Source of the DNA: a bacterium
GTDB taxonomy: Bacteria > RBG-13-61-14 > DATKZS01
DNA length: 64,000 nt
Assembly: GCA_963674965.2 (NCBI GenBank)
Contig: CAXXFL010000003.1
Location: forward strand, 224,001 to 288,000
Direction: 5' to 3'
This document shows, piece after piece, positions 46,251-55,999 of the stretch. The position numbers and the translations under genes were made by a program. The notes beneath the pieces are model-generated. The model made no database searches, was not told where the DNA came from, and was given only the letters and a program-made list of their open reading frames with translations. Positions within the stretch are counted from its first letter, which is position 1. The number at the start of each line of letters is the position of its first letter.

Positions 46251-47386
46251 GGGGCGGGCCTTTCCTCCTCCGGCACGTTGGCGTAAACCTTGTCCAGCGG
46301 ATGCCAGCCGTCGGCGATTACCGTCTCCATCATGTTCTCCCTGGTCACGAACACGGGCTCGAGATATATGCTGGGCACGTCCTTTTGGCCGTTGCTCAGC
46401 GCGTTGACCTCATAGCCCATGGCCAAAATGGCATCCTCCGGGCTTTCGCCCCCGGCCAGGCGCAGGGCCAGCTCGGCCGCGGCCGTGGCCAGCTTCTCGA
46501 TGGGCTTATATACCGTCACGGTCTGGGTCCCCTCGGCCACCCGCTGGCAGGCGGCCAGCTCCGCGTCCTGTCCCGATACCGCCACCTTGCCGTCCAGCCC
46601 CTCCGCCTTGAGGGCGGCTATGGCCCCGCCGGCGGTCGAGTCGTTCGAGGCCACGATGGCGTGGACCTCTTTGCCCTCCGCCTTGAAGCGGGTCAGGAGG
46701 TTGCTCACCTTGCGGCGGGCCTCATCCCGGTCCCATCCGTCGAGGAACTGATCGTCAAGCACCGTGATTTTCTTTCCCGCGGTTTTTTCATGTTCCTCGA
46801 TGGCCCTGAGCTGGCCCGCCCGCAGGAGCTTGGCGTTGTTGTCGCTGGCGGCCCCTCCCAGCAGGATGTAGTTTCCCTCGGGGACTTTTTCCAGGATGCC
46901 CTTGGCCTGGAGGTATCCCACCTTCTCGTTGTCAAAGGTAATGTACGCGTCGAGGTCGCAATTCAGGATCAGCCGGTCATAGGCCAGGACGGGGACCTCT
47001 TTCTCGTGGGCGCTCTTGACTATGCGGGCGGAGGTCTTCAGGTTCTTCGGCACCACCACCAGCACGTTCACGCCGGTGGCCAGGAAGGTATCCGCCTGCT
47101 GGTTCTGGCGGTCCTGGTCCCCGTTGGCCACGGCCCGGATGATCTCGGCCCCCGCCGACTCGGCTTTTTTCTTGAAATACTCCTCGTCCCTTGACCAGCG
47201 GGACAGGTCGTAGGTCTCCATAAGAAAACCGATCTTGACCTTGCCTGATTTTTCCTTGACGCCCGGCTCGCCCCCGGCCTCGGCGGATTCCGTCTGCTTT
47301 TGCGAGGGCGAACACGAAACCAGGAACGCCAATACCAACGTCGCCGCGGCCGCCAGGCGGGCAATAAAAATTCCATTGTTTCTCAT
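46247..47386 (-). CDS. xylF: Xylose ABC transporter substrate-binding lipoprotein
   Basis: Lipobox LVSC; RWSRDE, AYDRLI, FDNEKVG, DNNAKL, SGQDAELAA, TVYKPI. Confidence 0.88.
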   Translation of the reverse strand: MRNNGIFIARLAAAATLVLAFLVSCSPSQKQTESAEAGGEPGVKEKSGKVKIGFLMETYDLSRWSRDEEYFKKKAESAGAEIIRAVANGDQDRQNQQADTFLATGVNVLVVVPKNLKTSARIVKSAHEKEVPVLAYDRLILNCDLDAYITFDNEKVGYLQAKGILEKVPEGNYILLGGAASDNNAKLLRAGQLRAIEEHEKTAGKKITVLDDQFLDGWDRDEARRKVSNLLTRFKAEGKEVHAIVASNDSTAGGAIAALKAEGLDGKVAVSGQDAELAACQRVAEGTQTVTVYKPIEKLATAAAELALRLAGGESPEDAILAMGYEVNALSNGQKDVPSIYLEPVFVTRENMMETVIADGWHPLDKVYANVPEEERPAP

Positions 47387-47405
47387 AACCGGTCCTCCCT
47401 GGTTT

Positions 47406-48719
47406 TCATTTGACGTATTGGTTAAGGATGTTTTCCAAAAGCTCCTGCCTGCCGCTCTTCACCGCCGGCTCTCCATTTTCCAGCGCGTATTTCTCGAGGT
47501 CGTCAAAATCGGCCTTGCCGCTGCTTATTTTTTGTCCCAGCCCGCTTTCCCACTCGAGATACCTTTGCTTTTTGAAATCCTCGAGCGCCCCGTCCTCGAT
47601 CAAGCTCGCCGCGTTTTTAAGACCCCGGGCAAAGGCGTCCATCGCCCCTATATGGGCGTGAAACAAGTCCTCCGCGTCGATGGATTGCCTTCTTACGTGG
47701 GCGTCGAAATTGAGGCCGCCCTTTTTAAACCCGCCGCCTTTGAGAATCGAGTACATGGCCAGGGTCGCGTCGTAAATATCGGTGGGGAACTGGTCCGTGT
47801 CCCATCCCAGGAGCGGGTCTCCCCGGTTGGCGTCAACCGAGCCGAAGGCGTCGTTGGCGATGGCGAACTCGAGTTCATGGATAAACGAGTGGCCGGCCAG
47901 GGTGGCGTGGTTGGCCTCGATATTGAGCTTATAGTCCTTGTCCAGGCCGTGCTTTACAAGGAACCCGTGCACGGCCGAGGCGGAAAAGTCGTACTGGTGC
48001 TTGGTGGGTTCCTTGGGTTTGGGCTCGATCATGAGCTGGCCCTCGAAGCCGATTTTCTTTTTATGGTCCGCCGCCATTTTCAGGAACATGGCCATGTGCT
48101 CGAGCTCGGCCTTCATGTCCGTGTTGAGGATGGTCTCGTATCCCTCGCGGCCTCCCCAGAAGACGTAGCCCTGGCCGCCTAGGCGGTGGGTGATCTCCAT
48201 GGCCTTCTTGACCTGGCTCGCGGCGCAGGCGAAGACGTGAGGCGACGGGTTGGTCGAGGCCCCGGCCATGAACCGGCGATGGGAAAAGGCGTTGGTCGTT
48301 CCCCACAAAAGCCTCACCCCCGTTTCCGACTGAAGCTTCCCGGCCAAGTCCGCCATGACGTCCAGCCTCTTGTTGGTCTCGGCCAGGGTCTCGGCCTCGG
48401 GGGCTATGTCACGGTCGTGGAAGCACCAGAAGTCAACGCCCAGCTTGGTGAAGAACTCGAAGGCCGCTCGCATGGTCCACTCGGCCTCCTCCATGGGGTC
48501 GTCCGGCCTTTGCCATTCCCGGATTATCGTGCCCGGGCCGAACGGGTCCTGGCCCGTGGCCTTGAAGGTGTGCCAGTAGCAGACGGCGAACCTCAGATGC
48601 TCCGCCATGGTCTTGCCCATGACCGCCTGGTCCCGGTCGTAATGCTTGAACGAAAAGGGGTCCCTCGAATCGGGGCCTTTATACTCGATCCGCTTTATGC
48701 CCGGAAAAAACTCTTTCAT
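47406..48719 (-). CDS. xylA: Xylose isomerase (class II)
   Basis: FAVCYWHTF, FHDRDIAPE, WGGREGY, IEPKPKEPTKHQYD, NIEANHATLAGH, GWDTDQFP. Confidence 0.97.
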   Translation of the reverse strand: MKEFFPGIKRIEYKGPDSRDPFSFKHYDRDQAVMGKTMAEHLRFAVCYWHTFKATGQDPFGPGTIIREWQRPDDPMEEAEWTMRAAFEFFTKLGVDFWCFHDRDIAPEAETLAETNKRLDVMADLAGKLQSETGVRLLWGTTNAFSHRRFMAGASTNPSPHVFACAASQVKKAMEITHRLGGQGYVFWGGREGYETILNTDMKAELEHMAMFLKMAADHKKKIGFEGQLMIEPKPKEPTKHQYDFSASAVHGFLVKHGLDKDYKLNIEANHATLAGHSFIHELEFAIANDAFGSVDANRGDPLLGWDTDQFPTDIYDATLAMYSILKGGGFKKGGLNFDAHVRRQSIDAEDLFHAHIGAMDAFARGLKNAASLIEDGALEDFKKQRYLEWESGLGQKISSGKADFDDLEKYALENGEPAVKSGRQELLENILNQYVK

Positions 48720-48751
48720 GGCTTCCTCCCTTTTTCTCCGCTTGTCCGGAC

Positions 48752-49990
48752 CTATTCCATCTTCTCCGGCAAGATGGGCCGGTTGTATATTTCATCCAGC
48801 ACCAGGGCCGCGGCCCCGACCGCGCAGGCGTTGGGCCCGTGAAGCGACTCCGTCACCACCGCGCCCCTGGCCGCCTGGGCCAGGGCGTTTTCCATCGCCG
48901 TGCTCTTGAGTAGGGGCATGACGTAGGGCCCGGCCTCGAGTATCTCTCCCCCGATTACCACCATGTCGGGGTTGAAGATATTGAGGATGCTGGCCACGCC
49001 CTGTCCCAGGCCGGCGGCAACCTCCGCCAGGACCTCGCGGCAAAGCGCGTCTCCCTCCGCCGCCGCCCGGGCTATGGACGGGAAGTCGATATCCTCCGGA
49101 GAGCCGGGCAAACCGGCCGGGACCTCGCCCCCCCGTTCCTCCTCGAGTCGGGCCTTAACCTTCCTCACCGCCGCGGAGGGACCGGCCTCGGTCTCCCAGC
49201 AGCCGCGGCGGCCGCATCCGCAAAGTTCCCCGTTGGGGTCGACCCGCATGTGGCCTATCTCGCCCGCGTAGCCCGAGGCCCCGCCGCAAAGGGCGCCGTC
49301 CATCATCACCGCGCCCCCGATGCCCACGCCCACGCTGAGGTAAACGAAGCCGGCCGCGCCTTTGGCCGCGCCGAAATAATACTCGCCCATGGCCGCCGCG
49401 TTGGCCTCGTTTTCCACGAAGAGGGGGGCCTTGAATTTTTTGGCCCAGGGATTTTTCAGGTCCAGGTCGCGCCACTTCAAGTTGGGGGCGAAATCCAAGA
49501 CGCCCAGCTTCCTGTTCACCAGGCCGGGAAGCCCCACGCCTATGCCCAAGAGTCTCAGACCGCGCCCGGCCCCGAACTCGAGGGCCCGCGAGATCAGCCG
49601 CTCCGTCCTTTCCAGGATTATCGGCTGAGGATCGAGCGGGCTGGAGGGGTCCTTGCTCTCCCACAAGACCCGGGCGCCAAAGTCGGCGCAGACGACGCGG
49701 ACATAGTTGACGTTCAGGTCCACGCCGATGGCGCACCCTCCCTCGGGATTGATCTTGAGGAGCATGCCCGGGCGGCCTTTTTTCGGGGCCTCCAGTTCCG
49801 ACTCCACCACCAGGCCGGCCCCGATAAGATCGGCCACGATGCTGGAGGCGGTCGCTCGAGTCAGTCCGAGTTCCTTGGCCAGCCCCGCCCTCGAGTATGG
49901 ACCCCGCTCGAGTATGGCCCTCAGGGCCATGGCCGTGTTGTGCATTCTCACGTCGGCCTTGCCGTCGGCTTTTTTATTCGCGTTTATCAT
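48752..49990 (-). CDS. xylR: ROK-family transcriptional repressor (XylR-like)
   Basis: N-terminal HTH SRAGLAKELGLTRATAS; ENEANAAAMGE, GEIGH, CGCGRRGCWE. Confidence 0.88.
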   Translation of the reverse strand: MINANKKADGKADVRMHNTAMALRAILERGPYSRAGLAKELGLTRATASSIVADLIGAGLVVESELEAPKKGRPGMLLKINPEGGCAIGVDLNVNYVRVVCADFGARVLWESKDPSSPLDPQPIILERTERLISRALEFGAGRGLRLLGIGVGLPGLVNRKLGVLDFAPNLKWRDLDLKNPWAKKFKAPLFVENEANAAAMGEYYFGAAKGAAGFVYLSVGVGIGGAVMMDGALCGGASGYAGEIGHMRVDPNGELCGCGRRGCWETEAGPSAAVRKVKARLEEERGGEVPAGLPGSPEDIDFPSIARAAAEGDALCREVLAEVAAGLGQGVASILNIFNPDMVVIGGEILEAGPYVMPLLKSTAMENALAQAARGAVVTESLHGPNACAVGAAALVLDEIYNRPILPEKME

Positions 49991-50104
49991 TCGTTTTCGC
50001 CCAATTTCTTTTCCGTTTTCCGCGCGTATTCTCGGGCGTCTTGGGTTATGGGGTTGATTTTTTTGACGCCGATCTATGGCGTTAATATTTCAGGCCTCCC
50101 TTTG

Positions 50105-50154
50105 GTTTGTTTAATGAACAAACAAATATTAGCCGGTTATGCAATTTTTGTCAA
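50105..50154 (-). promoter_or_regulatory. sigma70 promoter and ROK/XylR-type operator of the xyl cluster
   Basis: Minus strand TTGACA(50154-50149)-17 nt-TAATAT(50131-50126), followed by palindrome GTTTGTT-TAATG-AACAAAC (50105-50123). Confidence 0.75.
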
Positions 50155-50459
50155 GAAGTATTTGTTCATGGCTAAATAAAATTGATTAATCTGTATCATA
50201 TCAGGCATTTAGTACAAATATCTTTTTTGACATGCGAATTCGCGACTCATCCAAACAAAGCTTTATCATCAACGGAGATATCAAGGGCGCCTTCTTACTC
50301 CAGAGGTATTGAGCTTCTTGCAAAAGTACTTTTCTTTGCGGCATAGCCGCTTTGGAGTGCGGTCGCTTGAGACCGCTTTCGATGGCCTTGGCTTGACAAG
50401 GCCTATTAATACACCGGCTTGCCTCGCGTCAAGCCGCTCGGAAGAAAAGCGGCGTCGAG

Positions 50460-51907
50460 TGTACAGACCGGAGACATGGGTAACAGGTGTTCGGAGACAT
50501 GGGTAACAGTTGGTACATTCTTCTGTATGTCAATACAGGAGAAGAAAGATGCCATGGAATGAGGTTACCGAAGTGTCTCAGAGGAAGGATTTTGTTTATT
50601 TAGCGATGCAGCCAGGTTCCAACATAAGCGAGTTATGCCGTCGATTCGGTATCAGTCGCCGCACCGGCTACAAGTGGATCAGCCGTGGGCAAAGCGGTGA
50701 AGAGGACTGGGCATGTGACAGGTCCCGCCGTCCCAGGCGATCTCCCCAGCGTGTTTGCCCGGAGGTCGAGCAGTTGGTGCTTTCGGTTCGCGACGAGCAT
50801 CCGACCTGGGGAGGGCGCAAAATCGAGCGGCGGCTGATCGATCTTGGTCACGACGAAGTGCCAAGGCCGAGCACGATCACGGCGATCCTCGACCGCAACG
50901 GCAGGCTGCGGGACGCCCAGCGCAAGGCTCGCGGTCCCATGAAGCGTTTCGAACGAGAGGCTCCCAACCAGTTGTGGCAGATGGATTTCAAGGGACATTT
51001 TCCGACGGCGGCCGGTTCCTGTCACCCTCTCACCGTGGTGGACGACCACTCCAGGTTCGCGTTGACGGTCACCGCCTGCTCCAACGAACGGGCGGACACC
51101 GTGCGGGCAAGCCTGGCGCCGGTCTTCATGCGCTACGGCCTGCCCAGCCGCATACTTACCGACAACGGATCGAGCTTCTGCGCGCCGAACTCGCGTTACA
51201 ACTACATGAGCGCCTGGCTGATCAGGCTCGGCGTCGGCATCAGCCACGGCCGTCCCTTTCATCCCCAGACCCAGGGCAAGAACGAGCGGTTCAACCGGAC
51301 CCTTAAGGAGGAGGCGATAAGGGGACGCAACTTCGGCGACCTGAACGACTGTCAGAAAGCCTTCGACCGTTTTCGCGACTGCTATAACCATGAACGTCCC
51401 CACGAGGCCCTGGACATGAACACGCCGGCCAGCCGTTACGCGATGAGCCCCTTTGCCTATCCCGAGACTCTGCCCGAAGTCTGGTATCGGGATGATTGGC
51501 CGACTTGCAAGGTGAACCCGGGCGGGGCGGTTAGAATCAAAGGCGAGTTTTATCCGGTGGGGCGGGCCTTCGTTGGTGAAAAGGTCGGCTTGCGAAATAC
51601 ACAAGTGGACGGCGTGATCGAGGTTTATTACTGCCGCCAACGGATCATGGTCGTCGATCTGCGAGACCATAGCTGGAGGCAAACGTGATAAAAGGTTTTC
51701 TCGACCATGAGGACGATAGCATCTCCACGAGGCCCGTCAAGGGTAAATCCCTGCGGGACGGCTGCGCCGCCCTTGACTGGCCACGTGATCGATGCATAGA
51801 TAAACTTAGGTCGAGGAAAAATAGGTCAATAGCAGGAGCGCGAGCAAGCGAGGAAATATGTTACCTATGTGCCCGAACACTTGTGAAGCATGTCTCCGGT
51901 CTGTACA
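50460..51907 (+). mobile_element. IS481-family insertion sequence (1448 bp) with 4-bp target duplication CGAG
   Basis: TGT...ACA ends; 19-bp perfect TIR TGTACAGACCGGAGACATG with subterminal repeats; CGAG at 50456-50459 and 51908-51911. Confidence 0.93.
50549..51688 (+). CDS. IS481-family DDE transposase
   Basis: MPWNEV, ELCRRFGISRRTGYKW, LWQMDFKG, DDHSRF, TDNG, HPQTQGKNERFNRTLKEE, YNHERPHEAL. Confidence 0.95.
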   Translation: MPWNEVTEVSQRKDFVYLAMQPGSNISELCRRFGISRRTGYKWISRGQSGEEDWACDRSRRPRRSPQRVCPEVEQLVLSVRDEHPTWGGRKIERRLIDLGHDEVPRPSTITAILDRNGRLRDAQRKARGPMKRFEREAPNQLWQMDFKGHFPTAAGSCHPLTVVDDHSRFALTVTACSNERADTVRASLAPVFMRYGLPSRILTDNGSSFCAPNSRYNYMSAWLIRLGVGISHGRPFHPQTQGKNERFNRTLKEEAIRGRNFGDLNDCQKAFDRFRDCYNHERPHEALDMNTPASRYAMSPFAYPETLPEVWYRDDWPTCKVNPGGAVRIKGEFYPVGRAFVGEKVGLRNTQVDGVIEVYYCRQRIMVVDLRDHSWRQT

Positions 51908-52181
51908 CGAGCCGCCGCACTCCAAAGCGGGAATTTTGCAAGAGGCTAGTATTAATAAAAATAAGGAAGATAAATAGAGGCGTTGGAATCTCAAGGTTTG
52001 TGATTCATTTTCAATATCCTTTTGTTGAAGAAACGACGTCTCCAATAAAAAGACTAACGTCGTCGTCGAGCTTTATTACTTGAAGGAAATGGACGCCATC
52101 ACTCAAAGTGAAAAGGAAGTCCAATGTAAATTATGCTCCTGAAGGGCTCTGTCCATCCTCTTGATCTCCCGCGGCGCGGGC

Positions 52182-53288
52182 TTATTCGTGTTTCTCCTCG
52201 AGTCGTAAGGTCACGTCGAGCCAGGGGGCCATGGAAGTCGCGGCCAGATCGGCCCCCATTGGAGTGAAATGACATTGGTCGTAAAAGATCGGCTGATCGC
52301 GCGCCTGCTTTATCGCCGGCAATAAATCGAACATGGGCAGTCCCAATTTCGCCGCGATGGTCCTCACGCGTCGCTGGGGCAAATCGTCGCCAACCCTCGA
52401 GTACGCCTGGACCGAGACGGGAAATACCACCACTGACAGGCCGGCCCCGTTTTCCTCGCAGATTTTTTTGAGCCGTCCCATCTCTTTTTCAATGGCCGGC
52501 CAGGAATCGTCTCGCCAGGCGGCCCCGAAGTCGTCGGAGGCCAGCTTGACGATCCGGTCATAGGCCGCTCGGTCGTTCCTCCATTCTCCCTCCTCGAACA
52601 ACCTGCCCCATTCTTCGTTGAGCTTGTAGGTTTTTACAAGCCTTCTCGAAAGCCACCCTTCCCAGGCCCGGTTGAAAACGGCGCTTGTCTTCCTGCCCCG
52701 AGTGACGGTCCCCGCCCAGAAATCGCCAAGGTCGCCGTACTCCTCGGTCAAGATGATCGATCTCACCGAGTCGTTCAGATAAAAACCCAGGAGTACGTGG
52801 TCCGGGTCCGCTTTTTCGACGATCTCCTCCAACAGGCCGGCCTCGTCTTTCAGGCTCATGCCCGGGACCCCGGCGTTTACAACCTCCACCCGCCCCCCGA
52901 GACGGAGGCCGAGGCGGTAAGGAACGGTCTCGTTTTCAGCCAGGCCGGGCCCGAAGACCACCGAGTCGCCGAGAAAGAGGATACGTTGTACTCCCCTTGG
53001 CTTCACGCCGCTTATCCGGGGTCCCCTCAAGCCCAGGGAATTTATCCGCAGCGGGATGGCCGCGCCGTTTAGACGCGCTCTGATTCGAAGATTGGTATCC
53101 GGCTTCATGCGCGGCCCCTCCGGCCCGATCTCCATCCAAGGATGAGTCGAAAGGGTCAGGTCCGCCGGCGAAAGCCCAAAAACGTATCGGGCAAGACACT
53201 CCGCCCCCGCCGCGGCCAGAAAAAACGATACCGTCGCTAAAGCGAGCCTTGTTATCAAGCGGCGCGTTATCGGCGGGGGTAGTTTCAT
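52182..53288 (-). CDS. SGNH/GDSL hydrolase family membrane-anchored protein
   Basis: N-terminal TM, INSLGLRG, LGDSVVFG, NAGVPG, YLND, DQCHFT. Confidence 0.88.
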   Translation of the reverse strand: MKLPPPITRRLITRLALATVSFFLAAAGAECLARYVFGLSPADLTLSTHPWMEIGPEGPRMKPDTNLRIRARLNGAAIPLRINSLGLRGPRISGVKPRGVQRILFLGDSVVFGPGLAENETVPYRLGLRLGGRVEVVNAGVPGMSLKDEAGLLEEIVEKADPDHVLLGFYLNDSVRSIILTEEYGDLGDFWAGTVTRGRKTSAVFNRAWEGWLSRRLVKTYKLNEEWGRLFEEGEWRNDRAAYDRIVKLASDDFGAAWRDDSWPAIEKEMGRLKKICEENGAGLSVVVFPVSVQAYSRVGDDLPQRRVRTIAAKLGLPMFDLLPAIKQARDQPIFYDQCHFTPMGADLAATSMAPWLDVTLRLEEKHE

Positions 53289-53531
53289 GAGGTTAGCCTA
53301 TCATCAGTTTCAATAAGGTTAAACTCATTTTATGCGCTGCATTTCGGCGAGGCCCCGTAACGGGAAGCGCTCAGCCCGCGGCTGACGCCGCCCACGCATG
53401 GACGCGATGGGCGACCCGGATCGCGTTTCCTGACGCGCCCGGAATCTTGTTGTAGAGGATTTTTTTGTTGCGTCTTCTCGCGTTTTTTCATAGAATAACT
53501 GGTCTTGAATCGATCGGCGCGGGAGGGAGTA

Positions 53532-54041
53532 TTGGCTAAGAAGAAGGTAATAGCGGCGTATCCGGGGAGTTTCGATCCCCCGACCCTTGGGCACCTTAAC
53601 ATCGTGTCCCGCTCGGCGGCCATTTTCGACGAGGTCATCATCGCGGTGGCCGACAGCACCAGCAAGCGTTACGTGTTCTCCACCGAGGAGCGTCTTGACC
53701 TTTGGAGGAAAATCCTTCCCAAGGGCCTTTCGAACGTCAAGGTCGACTCCTTTAAGAAGAGCCTGCTCGTGGACTACGCCGAGGGAAAGGGCGCCGGCAT
53801 CCTGCTGCGCGGACTTCGCAACACCACCGACTTCGAGTACGAGATAGCCATGGCCCATACCAACCGCCAGATGAAGCCCGCGGTCGAGACCCTGTTCATG
53901 ATGACCGAGGGATGCTATTCGCACTTGTCCTCCAGCCTGATCAAGGAGATCGTCATGCTGGGCGGGTCGGTCAAGGGCATGGTCCCGCCACTGGTCGAGA
54001 AAGAACTGATTAAACGCATCGGACCGAACGCGAAAAAATAA
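53532..54041 (+). CDS. coaD: Phosphopantetheine adenylyltransferase
   Basis: YPGSFDPPTLGH, LRGLR..TDFEYE, LSSSLIKE; TTG start after GGAG SD. Confidence 0.96.
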   Translation: MAKKKVIAAYPGSFDPPTLGHLNIVSRSAAIFDEVIIAVADSTSKRYVFSTEERLDLWRKILPKGLSNVKVDSFKKSLLVDYAEGKGAGILLRGLRNTTDFEYEIAMAHTNRQMKPAVETLFMMTEGCYSHLSSSLIKEIVMLGGSVKGMVPPLVEKELIKRIGPNAKK

Positions 54042-54141
54042 CCCCTCCTCCCGAGGGGAACAAAAAGCATGGTATACTAACGCGCGGCCCCGGCCGAGAA
54101 CAAAGCCGGGAGCGGCAATTTGCGCTTGAAAGGAGAATGAA

Positions 54142-55335
54142 ATGGGATTGGCTGGAAGAGTGAAAAAAATTAAACCCTCGGCCACGCTGGCCGTGACCGC
54201 GGCGGCCAAGGCCATGAGGGCCCAGGGGATAGACGTGATCGGCTTCGGGGCGGGCGAGCCCGACTTCGACACGCCCGACCACATCAAAAAGGCCGCCATC
54301 AAGGCCCTCGAGAGCGGCTTCACCAAGTACACGGTGGCCAGCGGCATAATCGAGCTCAAACAGGCGGTGGTGGACAAGTTCAAGCGCGACAACGGCCTCA
54401 ACTACAAGACCGACCAGGTGATAATAAGCTGCGGCGGCAAGCACTGCCTTTACAACCTGTTCATGGCCGTACTGCAGGGCGGCGACGAGGTGGTCATTCC
54501 CGCGCCCTATTGGGTGAGCTACCCGGACATGGCCCTCCTTTGCGGGGCTCGGCCCGCCTTCGTGCCGGCCATGGCCGACCAGGGCTTCAAGATCACGCCC
54601 TCCCAGCTCGATAAGGCCGTTAACAAGAAGACCAAGCTGGTGGTCATGAACAGCCCCTCCAACCCCACGGGCTCGGCCTATACCAAAAAGGAACTGGCCG
54701 CCCTGGCCGAGGTCCTGGAAAAAAGCGACTGCTACGTGGTGGCCGACGACATCTACGAGTCCATCGTCTACGACGGGTTCAAGTTTTTCTCCTTCGCCTC
54801 CGCGGCCAAGAAGGAACTGCGCGAGAGGTGCGTGGTCATCAACGGCGTGTCCAAGACCTACTCGATGACCGGATGGCGCATCGGCTACGCGGCCGGGCCC
54901 AGGGACGTCATCGGCGCCATGAGCAAAATCCAGGGACAGAGCACCTCCAACCCCACCAGCTTCGCCCAGAGCGGGGCCGTGGCCGCCCTGGCCGGGCCGC
55001 AGGGCTTCCTCAAAAAGATGGTGAAGGAGTTCCAGAAAAGGCGAGACTACGCGGTCAAGACCCTGAACGCCATGCCCGGCGTCACCTGCTACAACCCGCA
55101 GGGCGCCTTCTACGTGCTGCCCGACTTCAGCGCCTATATCGGCAAAAGCTACAAGGGCAAGAAGATCAAAAACGACGTCGAGCTCTGCCAGTACCTGCTC
55201 GAGAAGGTCAAGGTGGCGGCCGTGCCCGGAGACGCCTTCGGCGCGCCCGGCTACATCCGTCTTTCCTACGCCACCAGCATGGACAACGTCAAGGAGGGAT
55301 TGAAGAGGATTAAAGAGGGAATCTCCGAGCTGTAA
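54142..55335 (+). CDS. Aspartate aminotransferase (class I/II PLP)
   Basis: GEPDFDTP, PYWVSYP, NSPSNPTG, DDIYE, SKTYSMTGWRIGY, IRLSYA. Confidence 0.93.
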   Translation: MGLAGRVKKIKPSATLAVTAAAKAMRAQGIDVIGFGAGEPDFDTPDHIKKAAIKALESGFTKYTVASGIIELKQAVVDKFKRDNGLNYKTDQVIISCGGKHCLYNLFMAVLQGGDEVVIPAPYWVSYPDMALLCGARPAFVPAMADQGFKITPSQLDKAVNKKTKLVVMNSPSNPTGSAYTKKELAALAEVLEKSDCYVVADDIYESIVYDGFKFFSFASAAKKELRERCVVINGVSKTYSMTGWRIGYAAGPRDVIGAMSKIQGQSTSNPTSFAQSGAVAALAGPQGFLKKMVKEFQKRRDYAVKTLNAMPGVTCYNPQGAFYVLPDFSAYIGKSYKGKKIKNDVELCQYLLEKVKVAAVPGDAFGAPGYIRLSYATSMDNVKEGLKRIKEGISEL

Positions 55336-55347
55336 ACCTCCCGCCGC

Positions 55348-55395
55348 CAAGGCCCGGAAACCGCCGGGCCTTGCGGGGCGGACCCCCGCCTTTTT
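55348..55395 (+). terminator. Tandem hairpins with U-tract after the aminotransferase gene
   Basis: CAAGGCCCGG/CCGGGCCTTG then GCGGGG/CCCCGC followed by CTTTTT. Confidence 0.65.
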
Positions 55396-55648
55396 GGCCG
55401 CATGGTTTATAAATGAGTTATTCAATCATGCGGCGTTTCTTGGTCAGGATAGTAATGTTCAAGCAATTTCCAGAATTGCGGGTATTTCTCAATCGTTTTC
55501 TTTCTTTCACGCGAACGATGTATGACCTCAAGTGCTTGAACGAAATCTTCTGTTTCGGTATTGCCATATTCCGCGGCTCCTCGCCGATCGATAAACCTCA
55601 TCAAAATCACCTTAAATCCGTCGGATGGTCCGGTGAAATGGGGAGGTA

Positions 55649-55929
55649 CCGGGGTCGCCCACGCATATTGCGTGGGTGAGCGAAGCGAACGGGCTTCAGT
55701 CTCCTCGGCCGAGGGCGCCTGGAGGCGTTTTCCGGCGTGTTCCGGCCGGCGATTGGAGGGGCCCGGTGGCGGGAGAAGATCAGCCCGCGGCTTACGCCCA
55801 GGCTTGAAGGTCGTTGCACAACTTCCAGCCTCCTCATCTCCGGGGTCGCCCACGCATATTGCGTGGGTGAGAGAAGCGAACGGGCTTCAGTCTCCTCGGC
55901 CGAGGGCGCCTGGAGGCGTTTTCCCGCGT
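55649..55929. repeat. Two ~85-90 bp direct repeats (starts 55649 and 55840) containing a REP-like palindrome
   Basis: CCGGGGTCGCCCACGCATATTGCGTGGGTGAG(C/A)GAAGCGAACGGGCTTCAGTCTCCTCGGCCGAGGGCGCCTGGAGGCGTTTTCC twice, one mismatch in 85 bp. Confidence 0.92.
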
Positions 55930-55999
55930 AAGCCGTTGGATCGTTATGCACGCGCCCGGCGGACCGTCGCCCCTTTCCCGCGCCTTCGGCGCCCAGATA

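Larger units (their letters stand above)
50311..51948. mobile_element. MITE/REP-doublet element, copy 2 (inverted relative to copy 1), interrupted by IS481
   Basis: 50349-50459 joined to 51912-51947 reconstitutes the reverse complement of the 24282-24449 element; ends GAGCTTCTTGCAAAA and TTTTGCAAGAGGCT. Confidence 0.85.

Noticed and set aside
53340-53440. Possible riboswitch or ncRNA upstream of coaD
   Set aside because: Several small hairpins but no match to an RNA family I can recognise.
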